A stretch of DNA of 63,994 nt, counting the filler, from Octopus bimaculoides (taxonomy: Eukaryota): the NCBI RefSeq assembly GCF_001194135.2. It is 7 parts of 7 records of this genome, joined end to end, with 100 filler letters (N's around TTAATTAATTAA, not from the genome) between each part and the next. Parts side by side here need not be neighbours in the genome. Positions count along the whole stretch, not along the records: positions 61,848 to 63,994 come from NC_068987.1; 6 more parts are not named here. One strand, given 5' to 3'. This document shows positions 63,839 to 63,994 of this stretch, piece by piece. Every line of letters begins with the position of its first letter. Position 1 is the first letter of the stretch. The notes under the pieces are model-generated. The model saw nothing but the letters and a program-made list of their open reading frames with translations. It was not told the DNA's origin and did not search any database. Both the position numbers and the translations under genes were made by a program.

Positions 63839-63994
63839 GTACATACATGTATATATATTTATATATGTATATATTTATATATATATATATATATATTTAT
63901 ATATCTATATATGTATGTATATATATATATATATATTTATGTATATTCATATATCTATATATTTATGTATATATATATATATATGTATGTATAT

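Overview
AT-rich, microsatellite-laden, gapped eukaryotic DNA. The SINE families, LINE types and fixed N44-TTAATTAATTAA-N44 spacers suggest an octopus/cephalopod draft assembly (inference). There is no long intact gene, and most ORF-track entries are microsatellite or N-gap artefacts. Mobile-element content: many tRNA-derived SINEs, RTE-like LINEs (one with a PHD-type finger), an R4/Dong-like LINE, several Penelope-like (PLE) RT/GIY-YIG remnants, a mariner fold-back and a hAT MITE split by nested insertions. There is one tRNA-like gene with a Pol III terminator, and two or three phase-compatible candidate exons of a small Cys-patterned secreted glycoprotein on the + strand. The main signal is a set of minimal type-I hammerhead ribozyme (HHR) folds, read by eye, at 2754, 36535, 58582 and 61579, with degenerate ones at 23333, 43184, 58947 and 61227. 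The better-preserved ones each have a different palindromic helix III, and they lie in small non-coding elements: a ~345-bp terminally redundant unit with an inverted end, a tRNA-SINE head fused to an HHR tail in a near-perfect palindrome, a 139-bp rod hairpin, and an inverted pair. They look like a retrozyme-like, PLE-dependent family of non-autonomous elements, two lineages of which carry a CCGANGA core variant. No folding, database search or cleavage assay could be run, so all of this needs testing.
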